NCBI GenBank assembly: GCA_964270895.1 | Contig: OZ185442.1 | Length of the DNA: 64,000 nt | Reading direction: 5' to 3' (one strand) | Origin: Podarcis filfolensis | Taxonomy: Eukaryota | Part shown: positions 39,985 through 52,784 of the stretch, piece after piece | Layout of the letters: each line of letters opens with the position of its first letter | Numbering within the stretch: position 1 is the first letter of the stretch | The notes under the pieces: model-generated | What the model was told of the DNA's origin: nothing | Databases searched by the model: none | What the model saw: only the letters and a program-made list of their open reading frames with translations | Program-made: the position numbers and the translations under genes

Positions 39985-41648
39985 GGGGCCAAAGTCATTT
40001 TATGCAGCTGTTGCTGCCTCCTGAAGCAGACTTTGCTGCCTCCATTGCATCTTCATCTGGCAGAGCTTTTGCAGGTTTGTGGGGCCCCTTACAGTCTGGT
40101 CCAAATGAGGTGGGAGAACTGACAGTAGCTTGCTGTGACTTGTTTGCAAAGCATTTGAGGATAAAATCACTTGCATCCACTGGAATCTTGACTTTGCTGT
40201 TACATCAGATGAATCTCAAGGAATGTCCAGAGCACTGTCTAGTCCTAGTGTTGGATGTGTTTCGGTTAGTAAGGCTCAAGGATGTGGACAAAATGCTTGA
40301 ATCGGTCAGGGCAACCACTTGCGCTCTGGACCCTTGCTCCTCTTGGCTGATAACAATGACCATGACAGTCTTCTAGAACAGCTTTCCGATTTAGGGCTGG
40401 GTGGCACTGTTTTGCAGTGGTTCCAGTTCAACTTGGATTATTATTTCCAGAGGGTGATACTTGGGGAGGCCCTGTAAAGCATTCAATTTGGGGCTCTATT
40501 TTATCCCCTGTGCTGTTTAATCCCCACTCAGTGGTTTCTACATGAAAGCACTGAATGGGGTTATCCAGAGTTTTGAAGTATGTCATCAGCAATATGCTGG
40601 TGACACACAGCATTACTTCACCTTTAGATTTACAAGTGTGGCAATGGATGTGCTGGACTGTTGCCTTGTCTCAGTAATGAAATGGATGAGAGCCAACAAA
40701 CTGAAGCTCAATCCAGGTAACACTAAGTAACTGTTAGTGGGTGGTTCCCTAGATTGGATGGAAGGGAGGTTGCATCCTCATGATGGGGTTACAATCCCTC
40801 TGAAGGAGTGGGTACATAGCCTGGTGGTCAGGTATCCTCAGTAGTGCAGAGTGTCTTCAATAAGCTTTGGCTGGGGGCCCAATTGCATCCTTATATGAAC
40901 AGGGATAGCCTCAGGTCTGGTATCTATGCTCTGCTAACCTCTAGCTTAGATTACTGCAACATGTTATATGTAAGGTTGCCTCAGAAGACAGGAAAATTCA
41001 GCTGGTGCAGAATTCAGCAGCCAGGTTGCTCACTGGGGCAAGTTGGTTTGAGCATATACAGTTAACGCCAATCCTGGCCTGACTGCACTGGCTGCCAATC
41101 AGTTTCCGGACCCAATTCAAAGTGCTGCTTCTGACCTATAAAGACTTAAATGGCTCAAGACCGCATTACCTCAAGAACCATCTATCCCCATATGAACCAA
41201 CTTGGACCCTGCAATCATCATCTTAGGCCCTTGTGTGCTTCCTCCACAAGAGGTCTGGAGGGTAGCAACACAAGAATGGGCTTTTTCTGCGGTGGCTCCT
41301 CATTTGTGGAATGCTCTCCCTAGCAAAAATCACCTGATGCCTTCATTACATATCTTTAGGTGCCAGGCAAAAACATTTCTCTATAACCAGGCCTCTAGCT
41401 GATTAACATTCTATGGCATCATCATCATAAATGTCTGGGCCCAATTCCTCCCTGTGGAACATCCTCCCTTCAGATGTCAAGGAGATAAAGAATTACACAA
41501 CTTTTAGAAGACATCTGAAAGCAACCCTGTATCAGGAAATTTTTATGCTTGACGTTTTTATTATGTTTTTAGATATGCTGTAAGCCACCTAGAGTGGCTG
41601 GGGAAACCCAACTAGATGGGCGAGGTATAAATAATAAAATTATTAATT
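39985..41648 (+). mobile_element. Decayed L2-clade LINE (3' part of RT ORF and tail)
   Basis: Broken frames with TTCALDPCSSWLI and QQYAGDTQHY (degenerate YADD); tail agagtggctggggaaacccaactagatgggcgaggtataaataataaa; ends approximate. Confidence 0.75.
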
Positions 41649-41942
41649 CCTAAATGGTTTAACCTGCAAAGTCCTAAATGGTTCAAGACTGTATCATCTA
41701 AAATGAAGCCTGCTCTCATATGACCCTACCTGTAAATTTAAGAACTGTGTCTGAGGTCCTCCTTGTGTGTCTGTTGGTGAAATTATTATTATTATTATTA
41801 GCTGCCCAACTGACTGGGGCTGGATCTAGACACATCAAAGAAGTGTTTCAGTTTAAAGTGTTGTAAATTTAAATAGGGAAAACAGAGAAAAATGAGACTC
41901 CAGCTTGCCATCTGGTGGTACAATGTTATATCGCACATAGTA

Positions 41943-42014
41943 AAAGGTAAAGGGACCCCTGACCATTAGTCCAGTCATGACCAACTCTGGGGTTGCGGCG
42001 CTCATCTTGCTTTT
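41943..42014 (-). mobile_element. Sauria SINE 3' fragment
   Basis: Near-identical to 34467-34540 (aaaggtaaagggacccctgaccatt...ggggttgcggcgctcatct). Confidence 0.8.
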
Positions 42015-43268
42015 ACAATGCATATAAATCACTTTTTCTTTTCCAGTCTAGCTGAGTCCTAGGTTGCCCCAGGCACTCTGGGCAGTAAATCAATTAGGGT
42101 GCTGAGCACACAACACAGGATCTTTTCAATAGGGTTCTGTAGTTGGAGAACTGTCTTCGACTTAATATTTGCTTTGGCCCCTTAAGTTCTGACATTCAGG
42201 AAAGCCATCAACTTATATTTTTACTACTGCCTTTCCTTAAGAGAATTTTGGTATCTCCAATACATCAATTTGTCTGCATCCTCTCAATGCTTCATATTCT
42301 GCCTGAGATTCTATTGTATTTCTTTCTCTCTGTCATTTTGTGAGGACTTGGTCCTGAAAAGCAACTCACAAATAGCCGAAATAAAATTAAAGTCCTGAAG
42401 TACCTTGCAAATCCCCTGAACCAGACAACTATGGAGTCAAGATGCTTTGAAATTAGGGATACCCCTTCAGAACAAGGCAAGAAAGAGAATACAAGGCAAC
42501 CAGACAATGTTGGAATCAACATTAAATGAATTGCTCTTCATTAGCACCATCATGTTCTAGTTACTACACTGCCCCCTTATTCTTCTAGGTGCTGTCTATC
42601 ATGTATCCCCAAAACTCCTAGGCCAGCATCCCTCGCTTCTCTAGCTACTCCTTAAAGAATCAAAACCACTTCCAGCAACTACTTTTTTCCACTACATATT
42701 TACTTAGGGACAATGAGTAACCCTTAGTACTCCCTAATCTGCTACTCTGTCCCCACACTTTTTGACCCTTAACGATCTTTACATTTGCCTTTCAGATGCC
42801 TTCTCCTTCTGCCAGCTTTATCACTCTGCCAAAAAATGCTCCCCCCACCTACGCAGATGTGCAAATAGGGACAGAATGTCAGGGAGCAGTGGGTGACTAG
42901 CACCCTCTTCCCCAAACAAGCACATGTAATCCCTGCACTGATCCTTAGGCATACATACGCTATTCCCTGTCATTATACCCACACCATGCCATGCAGAGTT
43001 ACTCTCATCACCCTGATGCTACCTTGAACATCCCCTACAACACACACATCCCATAACGTGCGGGAAAGAGAAATCTATATCCTCTTTCCTAATATTTTCA
43101 CCAGTGTGTCCCACTATGTCGCTACACCTTGCAAGACCCAACCCTCTGGGCCCACCCCACAAGGACCACATTTCTTTGGGCCTCTTTGAGAGGGAGGAGC
43201 ATATTGGCCAGGGAATTACTGCTGTGAAGGGTGTCTATGGGGAATAAGATGGGAGATACACCCTACTC

Positions 43269-43526
43269 CATGGGTAGACAAACTAAGGCCCGGGGGCTAG
43301 ATCTGGCCCAATCACCTTCTAAATCCAGTCCGTGGACGGTCCAAGAATCAGTGTGTTTTTACATGAGTAGAATGTGTCCTTTTATTTAAAATGCATCTCT
43401 GGGTTATTTGTGGGGCATAGGAAGTCGTTCATCCCCCCCCCCAAAATATATGTATATAGTCTGTCCCCCCACAAGGTCTGAGGGACAGTGGACCAGCCCC
43501 CTGCTGGAAAAGTTTGCTGGCCACTG
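43269..43526. mobile_element. hAT-type MITE
   Basis: Perfect 8-bp TSD CCCTACTC on both sides; imperfect CA...TG TIRs. Confidence 0.85.
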
Positions 43527-43849
43527 CCCTACTCCCTCCAAACATCAGGTGCCCACTCCCCACAATACCCTCCTCTCCTGCAGGCACCTTCTCTTCCGTA
43601 AAAAAACAAACAAACTCACCAACGGGGCTGGATCCAGACTCAGACATGCTTAAGTGTTAGCGATTTCAGTGGGCCTAGTCCCACAACCTTGCACCCATTA
43701 ATTTCACTGGGTCTACTCCGAGGACAACTTCGTGGGATCCAGCCCACCGACCTGAGTGGGGTTGTTGGCTCCCACCCCACGTTGCCCAGAGGTGTTCCTC
43801 CTTTACAGGTGGGCCACTTGTGCCCCATGACTTCTCTCCTTCTCCCCCA

Positions 43850-44860
43850 AATCAGGCGCCCCTTCCTGCCCCGTCTCCTAATTCGCCCTCAGCAGCCCCG
43901 TCCTCCTTGCACCTTTCTTCGAAGTGATCCCCCTCGCACACCCCACCCGGGGCCTATTCCCCAGGCCGTCTACCTCCCCCTGACCCCGGGGATCACGCCT
44001 CCCCACCTCCAAGGAATCCCCTCAGGCCCCGCTTCGCCTTCCCTTCCCGGGCGGCTCACCCAAACGCAGAGGCTGTCGGAGAGCAAGTAATAGGCGACGT
44101 CCAGGGCGGCCGGCCCGGCCCGCGGCGACAGGTCGCCCTCCTCTCCTTCTCCTCCTCCTTCTCCTCCGGTCTCCTGCTGCAGCCGCACCCCGGGGGGCTC
44201 TTCCGTGTGCTCGGCGGCCTGGCTGAGGGCGCGGTAGGCGCTGAGGCTGCTGCCCAGCAAGGCCAGGGCGCTGAGCGCCGTGTAAGTGCGCAAGCTGGGC
44301 CAAGGGAAGCGCTCCAAGAAGAGCAGCGGCATCGCGGAGGCCTGGCGGGCTCCAGCCCGGGCTCGCTAGCGCGGTCCGCGGGGTCTCCCGGCAACGGCCT
44401 AGCGCCCGCAGGGAGAGGCCTACTCCCGCTGACTCCGGCCCACACGCACGGAACTCGGGAGCGAAAGCCGCGCAGTCGCCCGCCCGCCCGCTGCTGGCCG
44501 CCCCGGGGCCTCTTCCCGAGCGAATGAGCGCCTCCCTCAGGAGCCCGCCCGCTCCGTCGCGGCAAGCGGAGCGAATCCAGCCCACTGACTCGGAGGCGGA
44601 GGCCTCTCCGGCCAGGGGCGAAGGAGACGCTCAGCTTCGGGCTGCGAGAGAAGGCGGACGGCGCTGACTTCGGGGTGGAGGGACGAGACAGGCCGCCCAG
44701 CTGAGCCTTCCACTCCCAGGCAGTGACCGGCGGGCGCGGAAATATGGAAGGGGAAATACAGAAAGGGGACGGACAGAGGGAAAGGTGGGTGGATTTGTGG
44801 GGAACAGGCCGCGCGGGGCGGGTTTCTTGTCGGAATACGCTGACACATCTAACACAACAC
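43850..44860 (-). promoter_or_regulatory. AMFR CpG island, promoter and 5' UTR
   Basis: Sharp rise in GC and CpG around exon 1; no upstream ATG on - between 44333 and 44845. Confidence 0.8.
44060..44332 (-). CDS. AMFR: E3 ubiquitin ligase AMFR/gp78 exon 1
   Basis: MPLLFLERFPWPSLRTYTALSALALL...DVAYYLLSDSLCVW|gtgagc; 273 nt, inside a CpG island. Confidence 0.97.
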
Positions 44861-45006
44861 ACCCCCTACATATATTTTAGACACCTAGGCTAGACACAGG
44901 CAAACACGCACGCTCTGTGCTGTGTGCATATATTAACCACACAAAATATTATTTTAGACACACAATATGTTAAGACACACACACACTACGGACAGTATAC
45001 GCACGC

Positions 45007-45012
45007 TTTATT
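45007..45012 (-). terminator. NUDT21 distal poly(A) signal candidate (AATAAA)
   Basis: AATAAA on -, followed by a long (GT)-rich tract; TGTA at 45131-45134. Confidence 0.5.
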
Positions 45013-45834
45013 ATTATCATCAGGCATAATCTATGCCAAAAGTTATACTTCTAATTAAAGTGTATTAATTATATACGCAATGTAATGCATGCTTGGGTGT
45101 ATAATGCTTAGTTTGTTTAAATGTTTAAAATACAGCTTTAGATTTTAACATTGTAACCTTGGTGGTGTCTTGTAAACATGAAGAGCAGGCAAATTTAAAT
45201 AAATATATTGTGTGTGAGACATGGGTTTGTATGTATATGACACAATATATTCAAACACATTTCTTGCAAACAGTTCAGAATACAGTAGTCCAATTTTCTC
45301 TGCCCATCTTATTAAAATATAGTGCATACCTGTTGACCAATAGTTAGGTTTTAAAAAATTGAGGCTTCTTTCTTTCTATTGCCAACTAATCCCCTGCCTT
45401 GTAACACAATCTTTTACATTTCCAGTCCTTTGTAAAACTCCCCTGGCCTCATCACGACAGATGAAACTATGGGTTTTAAAAAAATAATAAAATTAGCAGG
45501 CACCAAACACAATAGAGAGGTGGTTGTCTAATATTAATGAGGAAGGAGTTCCAAAGGGCTGGTGCTTCCACCTTGAAGAAGCAATTCCTTGCAAGTGCAG
45601 AACGATTGTAAAAGAGCCAGTTGTGCAGATCAAAGTTGAGTGGGTACAGTATATACTGTATCTCCTGGAAGATATCACCATGCACATCTTCCATCTGTTG
45701 ACATCAGGGTTGGAGCCCTCTGCAAGCTTTATGAATAATAAAATTCCCATAGCATGGACACATTTTGCATATTTCAGTTCCGCCCCCGCCCCCACATTTT
45801 TCAAATACTGTCTGTCAAAAGAACTTGCATCAGT

Positions 45835-46241
45835 GTACGCCACAGTTGCGACGAGAATTTTAATGGCCCAAAAATGGAAGTTACAGGAGGTACCTACGAT
45901 TGCGGAGTGGCAGGTGAAGATGATGGACTTTGCAGAATTGGCCAGACCGACCTGCAGGATTCGAGACCAGGACGATCAAAAATTTCAAAGGGATTGGAGT
46001 AAATTTATTGTATATTTGAATAACAATTGCAAAAATTTGAAGACACTAGCAGGATTGAAATAAATCCTACAATGTGGACAATGGAAGTTAAAGAACTAAA
46101 TTGCGAGACAGGACTTGAAAGTGGAAAACCTGCTGAAGGGAAGGAGGGGAGTCATGTGCTCAGCAGAGCAAAAAGTTTTTGTGTTATTGTATTATCAAAA
46201 ATATTGTTTAAGGAGGAAAATAATAAAAATATATTTTTTTA
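45835..46241 (+). mobile_element. Short 5'-truncated L1-clade fragment
   Basis: 18-bp TSD AAAAGAACTTGCRTCAGT (45817-45834, 46242-46259, one mismatch); peptide RILMAQKWK...EWQVKMMDFAEL...DWSKF aligns by eye with the end of the 60662 element. Confidence 0.85.
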
Positions 46242-47537
46242 AAAAGAACTTGCGTCAGTATGGACTATTTATTATTACATTTACATCCCACACTCCCTCA
46301 ATAAAGCATCTAAAATAAATTTAAGAACTACTGTAACCAATTCATGTGTCTGGATTGTCCCACCAAAACAGAAAGGTTTTTCTGATCCCTCCCTCACAAG
46401 TCTTGTGTTGTAGGTCTGCATTTGTTTATAAACAGCAAATAGCAAACACTATCATAGGCCCTAATTACGTCAGCCGCAATGTTATGAGTTTGTTTGCCTG
46501 CTCATCTCCCAATGTGGAGGCCAATCTCCTTGCAAGAGAGAGGTTATTGTTTTTGTTTTGTTACTATGTTATGTATTCTGGTGTTTGTGTATTGTAAAAT
46601 TTCCTGTGATCCTTGGATGAAAGGTGGTATAGATATTGAATAGATAAATCCATAAATTAAATTAATAAAATGGACACAGGCCAGAAATGACAAGACTGTA
46701 TCCAGAAACTAGCAGAACGGGTGGGGGCAAACTTTGAGGTGGTCGAGACCAGCAGTGTAGTGGCATTTGCCAGCACCCAGAACAGGTGCACACATGCCAG
46801 GCGGGGTGGGGGGCACCCCAGCCCTCACCGCAGATGCTGCTGGAGGGACCCCACCAGAGCAAAGCAGGGCTGTGCTGAGCTGCCTGTCCACACAGTGGGG
46901 AGCCCAGCCAGTCAACGCAGCCCTTAGGGGGTGGAGAGGAGCGTCAGGCTGTGCTGGGCTTGCCTGCATGGGGGCACCTGGTTCATGCCACCTCAAAAAT
47001 TGTGCGCCTGGAGCCCTGGCACCCCTCACACTACGCCCGTTTGGGACAACCGGCCTGTCAATCAGCTAATCTCAGCACCACCTCACATGACTGACTAGTG
47101 CAGAGCTTTCCAAATCGGGAGTTATTCCTCTTGCTGATAAGAGTAGCAAGCAAACTAAAACTGGGAACTTTTATGTGACAAGGCAGCATCACCTGAAACA
47201 CTGCCCTTTTATTGTTCAGACACTTCCTTACTAGCCTAGCTTAGTTCCCTCCTTCAGGCTGCACTGAGTGATAGAACAAGTTATCAATTCCCTCCATCTG
47301 TTTCAAGACCTGCTGTCAACCTGAGTCCCAACACCTGCTATGTTTCCTGTGCGCAAAAGACCTTGCTTTTAGTTAGTTAACAAGTGGCCTACATTTCCAA
47401 AGGTATATTTAGATGGATGAAGATAGTACTCTTTCATTCTCACATGCAATGCTGTGGTATCAATCAGTGGGCAGGTATCTCTCATCAAGTCCCATTGGGA
47501 AAAGGAACACACAAAAACAGAAAGGAGATCATTTTGT

Positions 47538-47543
47538 TTTAAT
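47538..47543 (-). terminator. NUDT21 proximal poly(A) signal candidate (ATTAAA)
   Basis: Two TGTA upstream (47573-47576, 47599-47602) and ctgtttttgtgtgttcc downstream on -. Confidence 0.6.
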
Positions 47544-47765
47544 GTTATTTTTAAAAAAAGTCAAGTGACTATTACAACATAGGTGATTAAAATGCAAATA
47601 CACTCATCATTCCACTATCTAAACAGTCAAGATTCACTTTCCTATTCAGATGGTAGAGAGTTTGGGGAAGGGGGAGACATAAAAAAAAATCTTTGTGTCA
47701 GGTTCTCTCTTCTACATTTTAAAGCTGTTCTCACAGAGACGGCTTCTACCACATACTTCAGGAAT

Positions 47766-47787
47766 TCAGTTGTAAATAAAATTGAAC
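47766..47787 (-). CDS. NUDT21: NUDT21 exon 7 coding part and stop
   Basis: tgccag|G FNFIYN*; 7 exons total 684 nt = 227 aa + stop. Confidence 0.95.
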
Positions 47788-48527
47788 CTGGCAGACGGGG
47801 GAAAAGAAGTAATGATTACTCACACTGAAGATCATGAACTACACACTTAATCGGCTGGATAACAGATCTGCTTTCTATGAATTGCAAAAGATGCTCCAGC
47901 AGGTTATAGGTACACACTTGGATCACTGGCCAGAGGTCCTCCTGCAATGGTAGGCAACCTCTGGCCCATGGATTTTACTAGGCTTACCGGGACTCTCCAT
48001 TTGGACCCTGAGGTCATTTTGGTCAAATCACATCCACCTGTCCATCATGTGACATCAATCCCAGTTACCTTGGCAAATTCAGAGCAATTGGCTCGTATGC
48101 AAGCCACTGCTTGGGAATTTCTCTCTTGACATGAGGCAGGCATTTTATTAAATAAAATACTGACCTGCTTTTGAATTTGCTATGATCTAGGAAGGAGGAA
48201 GCTGCTGTTGTGTTGCTGCTTACAACACTGGCCTGTTGAGGAAGCAGCAAGGAGTTGCTGCTTCTAAGGATGTTGCTAATAGCCTGAAATTGCCACCCAC
48301 CTTTGACTCACAGTATGCAGAAGCTGTGCACCTGCTTCCAGCTCCTCCTTCACCTGGCTGAACAATCTCAAGGGGTGCAGAAAGGAACAGGAAGCCCACC
48401 TCCACACCCCCTGCCACATCCAGTGGGGAACTTGGTTTTCTGTTTGATCATAGCTTTGTTGAGGTGCTGGTGGCTGCGTGTGTGCTTTGCTCCCCCCCAC
48501 CTTTTCCCATTGTGTTGATTTCCAATA

Positions 48528-48769
48528 CAGTGGTACCTCGGGTTAAGTACTTAATTCATTCTGGAGGTCCGTTCTTAACCTGAAACTGTTCTTAACCTGA
48601 AGCATCACTTTAGCTAATGGGGCCTCCTGCTGCTGCCGCGCCGCCAGAGCACCATTTCTGTTCTCATTCTGAAGCAAAGTTCTTAACCCGATGTACTATT
48701 TCTGGGTTAGCAGAGTCTGTAACCTGAAGCGTATGTAACCTCAAGCATATGTAACCCAAGGTACCACTG
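48528..48769. mobile_element. Tc1/pogo (Tigger-like) MITE
   Basis: TA|cagtggtacctcgggtta ... taacccaaggtaccactg|TA; internal taacctgaa repeats. Confidence 0.88.
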
Positions 48770-49708
48770 TATGTTTGAAGATGGGTGGCTAGGGGACAAG
48801 TGGTTTTTCTTTATTTGGGTTTTTGCCCCACCTACCATTGGAATGTGCACCCTGGAAGTTTGACTAGTTTTAATCCAACCCATGGGCTGATGGTTTTTTC
48901 TTTTTTCTACTCTACTGAGCCTAGCGTTGCCCTACATAAGGGTAGCCAATGTGGTGCTCTCCAGACTACAAATCCCAGCCTCAGCCAACATGACTCCCAT
49001 CAGGGATGACAGGAATTATAGTCCAAAATCTCGAGGGGACCACATTGACTACCCCTGCTCTACATGCACCCAGACAGTGCTTGCTAGAACTTTAGTTTTC
49101 TAAGAACACAGCTTGAAAAACAGCCAGCCAGCCAGCACATAATACATCAATTGGAAGCCCAGCAAGCAAGCAAAGTTCAAGAAAGTACATCAAGCCTGAT
49201 TCTCCTGAGGTAATGTACTCATACGATAAGGCAGGCAATGACTATAGCAACAGAAGGAAATTTTTGTAGGGTGCCTTCTGTTGGCTTTTGATAAGCAAGG
49301 AAAAGTGAAAGGGAACATATAAGGAATGTGAAGTACTGTTTGTAATTCAAAACTAATTTAAAGTACTCTGCTGAATGATATGATGTAAATACAGTGTCTT
49401 GAATCCTAAGATAAATTAAGGAAGTTTGTAGAATTTCCTCCTGGCAACCCAACATACATTTTCAGGAGGCCCAACCCATCAGGGGCACCTTTCAGGCAGC
49501 TGTAGGGAGGATGGAAACCTTCCTTTTGTGGTTTTCCTTAAGTCAATTTATCCTATGATCCAAGCCAATGTGGATACATAAGCACCACAATCCTCAGAGC
49601 ACTCAGTCAGCTATTCCCTACAGAAGCAAGTGAAAGAGCTAAAGAAAGCTTTTCTGTAGCAGCTGCAGCAGTATGAAACCACAACATGGAAACTCACAGC
49701 ATACTCTA

Positions 49709-49834
<126 letters not shown>

Positions 49835-50181
49835 TCAAGAGAGATCAAATCAAATAAAAATCTGCTTCAAGCAAGGACAAGACAAATATTGAGTGAAGCT
49901 TACTTTTCTTAATTCCTAGGTTGCATCATATGAAGAATAGTAATATTTAGAACTTTGGTTTGCACAGTCTGAATATACAGATACCATGCCTGGCATGAGG
50001 ACTCCTCAGGCTATTCTAAGTTATCCAGGCACAACATACAAATTGAAAGCAACTTGGAATGAGTCATAAAAACCTAAGGCCACATCCATCCAAACTTAAG
50101 CAATTTTAAGTGAAACTGTGTACAGAAAAGATGTGAAGAAATGCTACCTCCCACAATAAAATCCATCATACTGTAACACAC

Positions 50182-50222
<41 letters not shown>

Positions 50223-50470
50223 GCTTTATTATTTATACCCTGCCCATCTGGCTGGGTTTCCCCAGCCACTTTGGGCAGCTCACAGCATATATCAGAACAT
50301 ACTAAAAGATCAAACATTAAAAACTTCCCGATACAGGGCTGCCTTCAGATGTCTTCTAAAAGTCAGATAGTTGTTTATTCCCTTGCCATCTGATGGGAGG
50401 GCGTTCCACAGGGAGGGTGCCACTACCAAGAAGGCCCTCTGCCTGGTTCCCTGTAACCTTGCTTCTCACA
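50182..50470 (-). mobile_element. L2-type 3' end with (TAA)13 tail
   Basis: Reverse complement of the 41500-41648 tail, ending in the trinucleotide run. Confidence 0.7.
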
Positions 50471-50655
50471 ACAACTCTGGCTTGTTTCATCCACGGCACA
50501 GGAGTGGGGGAGGAGCACCACTGGAGCTGTTGAGCAGCATATAAACCACTACAGTGGAAATAAGTTTTCAGAATTTTCTTTTAAGTTTAGATAGTACAAA
50601 CGACCTTGCCCAGGATTTTGTTGCCATCTCTCAATAAAACCTATATGAAAACCTA

Positions 50656-50838
<183 letters not shown>

Positions 50839-52258
50839 TTATGAGAGTTCATGGGGTTGAACCAGGACAGTTAGAATCTACTTGCTTTGAATCATATCCA
50901 CAGCCAGAGCACTTCAGTTATTTTCCAAATATATTTCAAATGCAAAATATACGTAGATTCTAACACAGGTCAAGGGCCAAACTAGACATGATGCGAATCA
51001 TGCCACTGGATCATGTACAATTGCTTTTTTAAAAGTCAGATTCAAAGCACTTGCTTTCAAATTCTAGGTTGCAAATTCTAGAAATGTGCTTATATCTATA
51101 CCACCTATATATAAAACTAAATCATTTACAGCTAAAGAAAAATATATTACAAAAATGTACACTAATAATACCAGTTACTAAAGATTGCAATAAACAGTAC
51201 AGGTGCAATAAAGCATTACAATGTGCAAAACAACAGGATCCATCTTTAACAAATTAGGTAAAGCCGGGGGGGGGGCGGGGATGAGGTATTCAAAAGATTT
51301 CTAAAGCTAGTAAGCAGTGATGCTTCCTGCATGGCAGGGTGAAGACTGTTTTAGAGAACTGAAGTGACAGCAGAAAATGCACCTTTGTGGGTCCCCACCA
51401 TGGTCTGCAATATGAGGTGCCACTGATACGAGTTCCCCGGGTTATATGCCAGGGCTCCATGGGGGCTAGCAGTCTTTCACAGGTTCAAAGCTGTTCAGGG
51501 TTTGGCATAGAAATTTCACATAGCTACAATTTGTGCATTAAAAAAAGTTAAGGCTCTGTGGTAAAATAAGGGCCAGGACTAAAAGGCTGTATGCGTGAAC
51601 ATGCACACAGCAGGTCATTTTCCGTTCATGTTCTGCAGTAGAATGCAATGCTGCTAGCCAGGGAGGAATGGCACAGGGAGAATCAGCAACCTTTCCATGC
51701 ATGGACAGAAGTGGCACCAACATTGGACACAACACTTATATTTCAATGTTGTAATTTCAGAACAGCATAATGAATCAATTGATGAAAAAAATAAGTCTAA
51801 CTTTAGTATGAATTGACAAACCAAATATTTGAACAAAAAGCCAAAGATCTGCAGAAAAAAAGGAAGCATGCAACATTGGCTGTTTGACTATCAACACCCT
51901 GAGGAGAGAACAGCTGAGGCAGTCTCTTCTCCTACATTCCCTGGGGCTGCTTAAGAAAGGCCTGCATACCATGAGGGAAGGCAAAAGAAAGAAAATTCAA
52001 GGGCAAGTGCCATCTGCTCCTGAAAAGGCCATCAGTTGTTCTGGGAGGAGAATGCCATTGCTCCTTATTTAATGCACCTTTTTTGTTTTTGTATTTCAAA
52101 ACCTCTCATCCTGTTCAAAGAAACTATGCTGCTCCTAAGTGACTTAATTCTATTTCTCTGACTTACAGAAGCCTGAGCCTGCCAGCAATAGAGTCGTGTA
52201 GTAGGATGCTTAATTAGTTCTTGGGAGGGGTTTTGTTGTAAGCCCAAAAAATAAATCA

Positions 52259-52432
<174 letters not shown>

Positions 52433-52556
52433 TCACAATAGCAGAATGTCATATATTAAGAATGCTAGCCCAACAGTATAGTCTAAATTCTTAAATTTCT
52501 TTAATCAATATAGAAGTGCAAACAAATACTGTTAATTGAATGATCTGATTCATATA

Positions 52557-52784
52557 CAGTCATACCTCGGGTTACAGATGTTTAAGGCTGCGTTTTTTCG
52601 GGTTACGGACCACTGGGTTTCGGCGGTCGCGCATGCGCAGAAGTGCTAAATCACGCCTTTTGCACGCGCAGAAGCACCGAATCACAGCCTGCGTGTGCGC
52701 AGACGTGCTGCTGCAGGTTGTGAACGCTGCAGGTTGTGATCGTGCATCCCACACAGATCACGTTCACAACCCAAGCGTCCACTG
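52557..52784. mobile_element. Tc1/pogo MITE, CpG-rich family
   Basis: TA|cagtcatacctcgggtt ... aacccaagcgtccactg|TA; repeated gcgcagaag units. Confidence 0.8.

Noticed and set aside
42130-43260. Possible decayed retroelement coding sequence upstream in AMFR intron 1
   Set aside because: The texture suggests an old element, but I cannot identify a motif, TSD or family.
43689-44862. Long overlapping ORFs (133, 187, 268, 106 aa) around AMFR exon 1
   Set aside because: Stop-poor shadows of a GC-rich CpG island; several begin at non-ATG codons and show no recognisable domain.
45524-46063. 179-aa ORF as an independent gene
   Set aside because: Chance fusion of flanking DNA with the L1 fragment, whose boundary is set by the TSD at 45817-45834.
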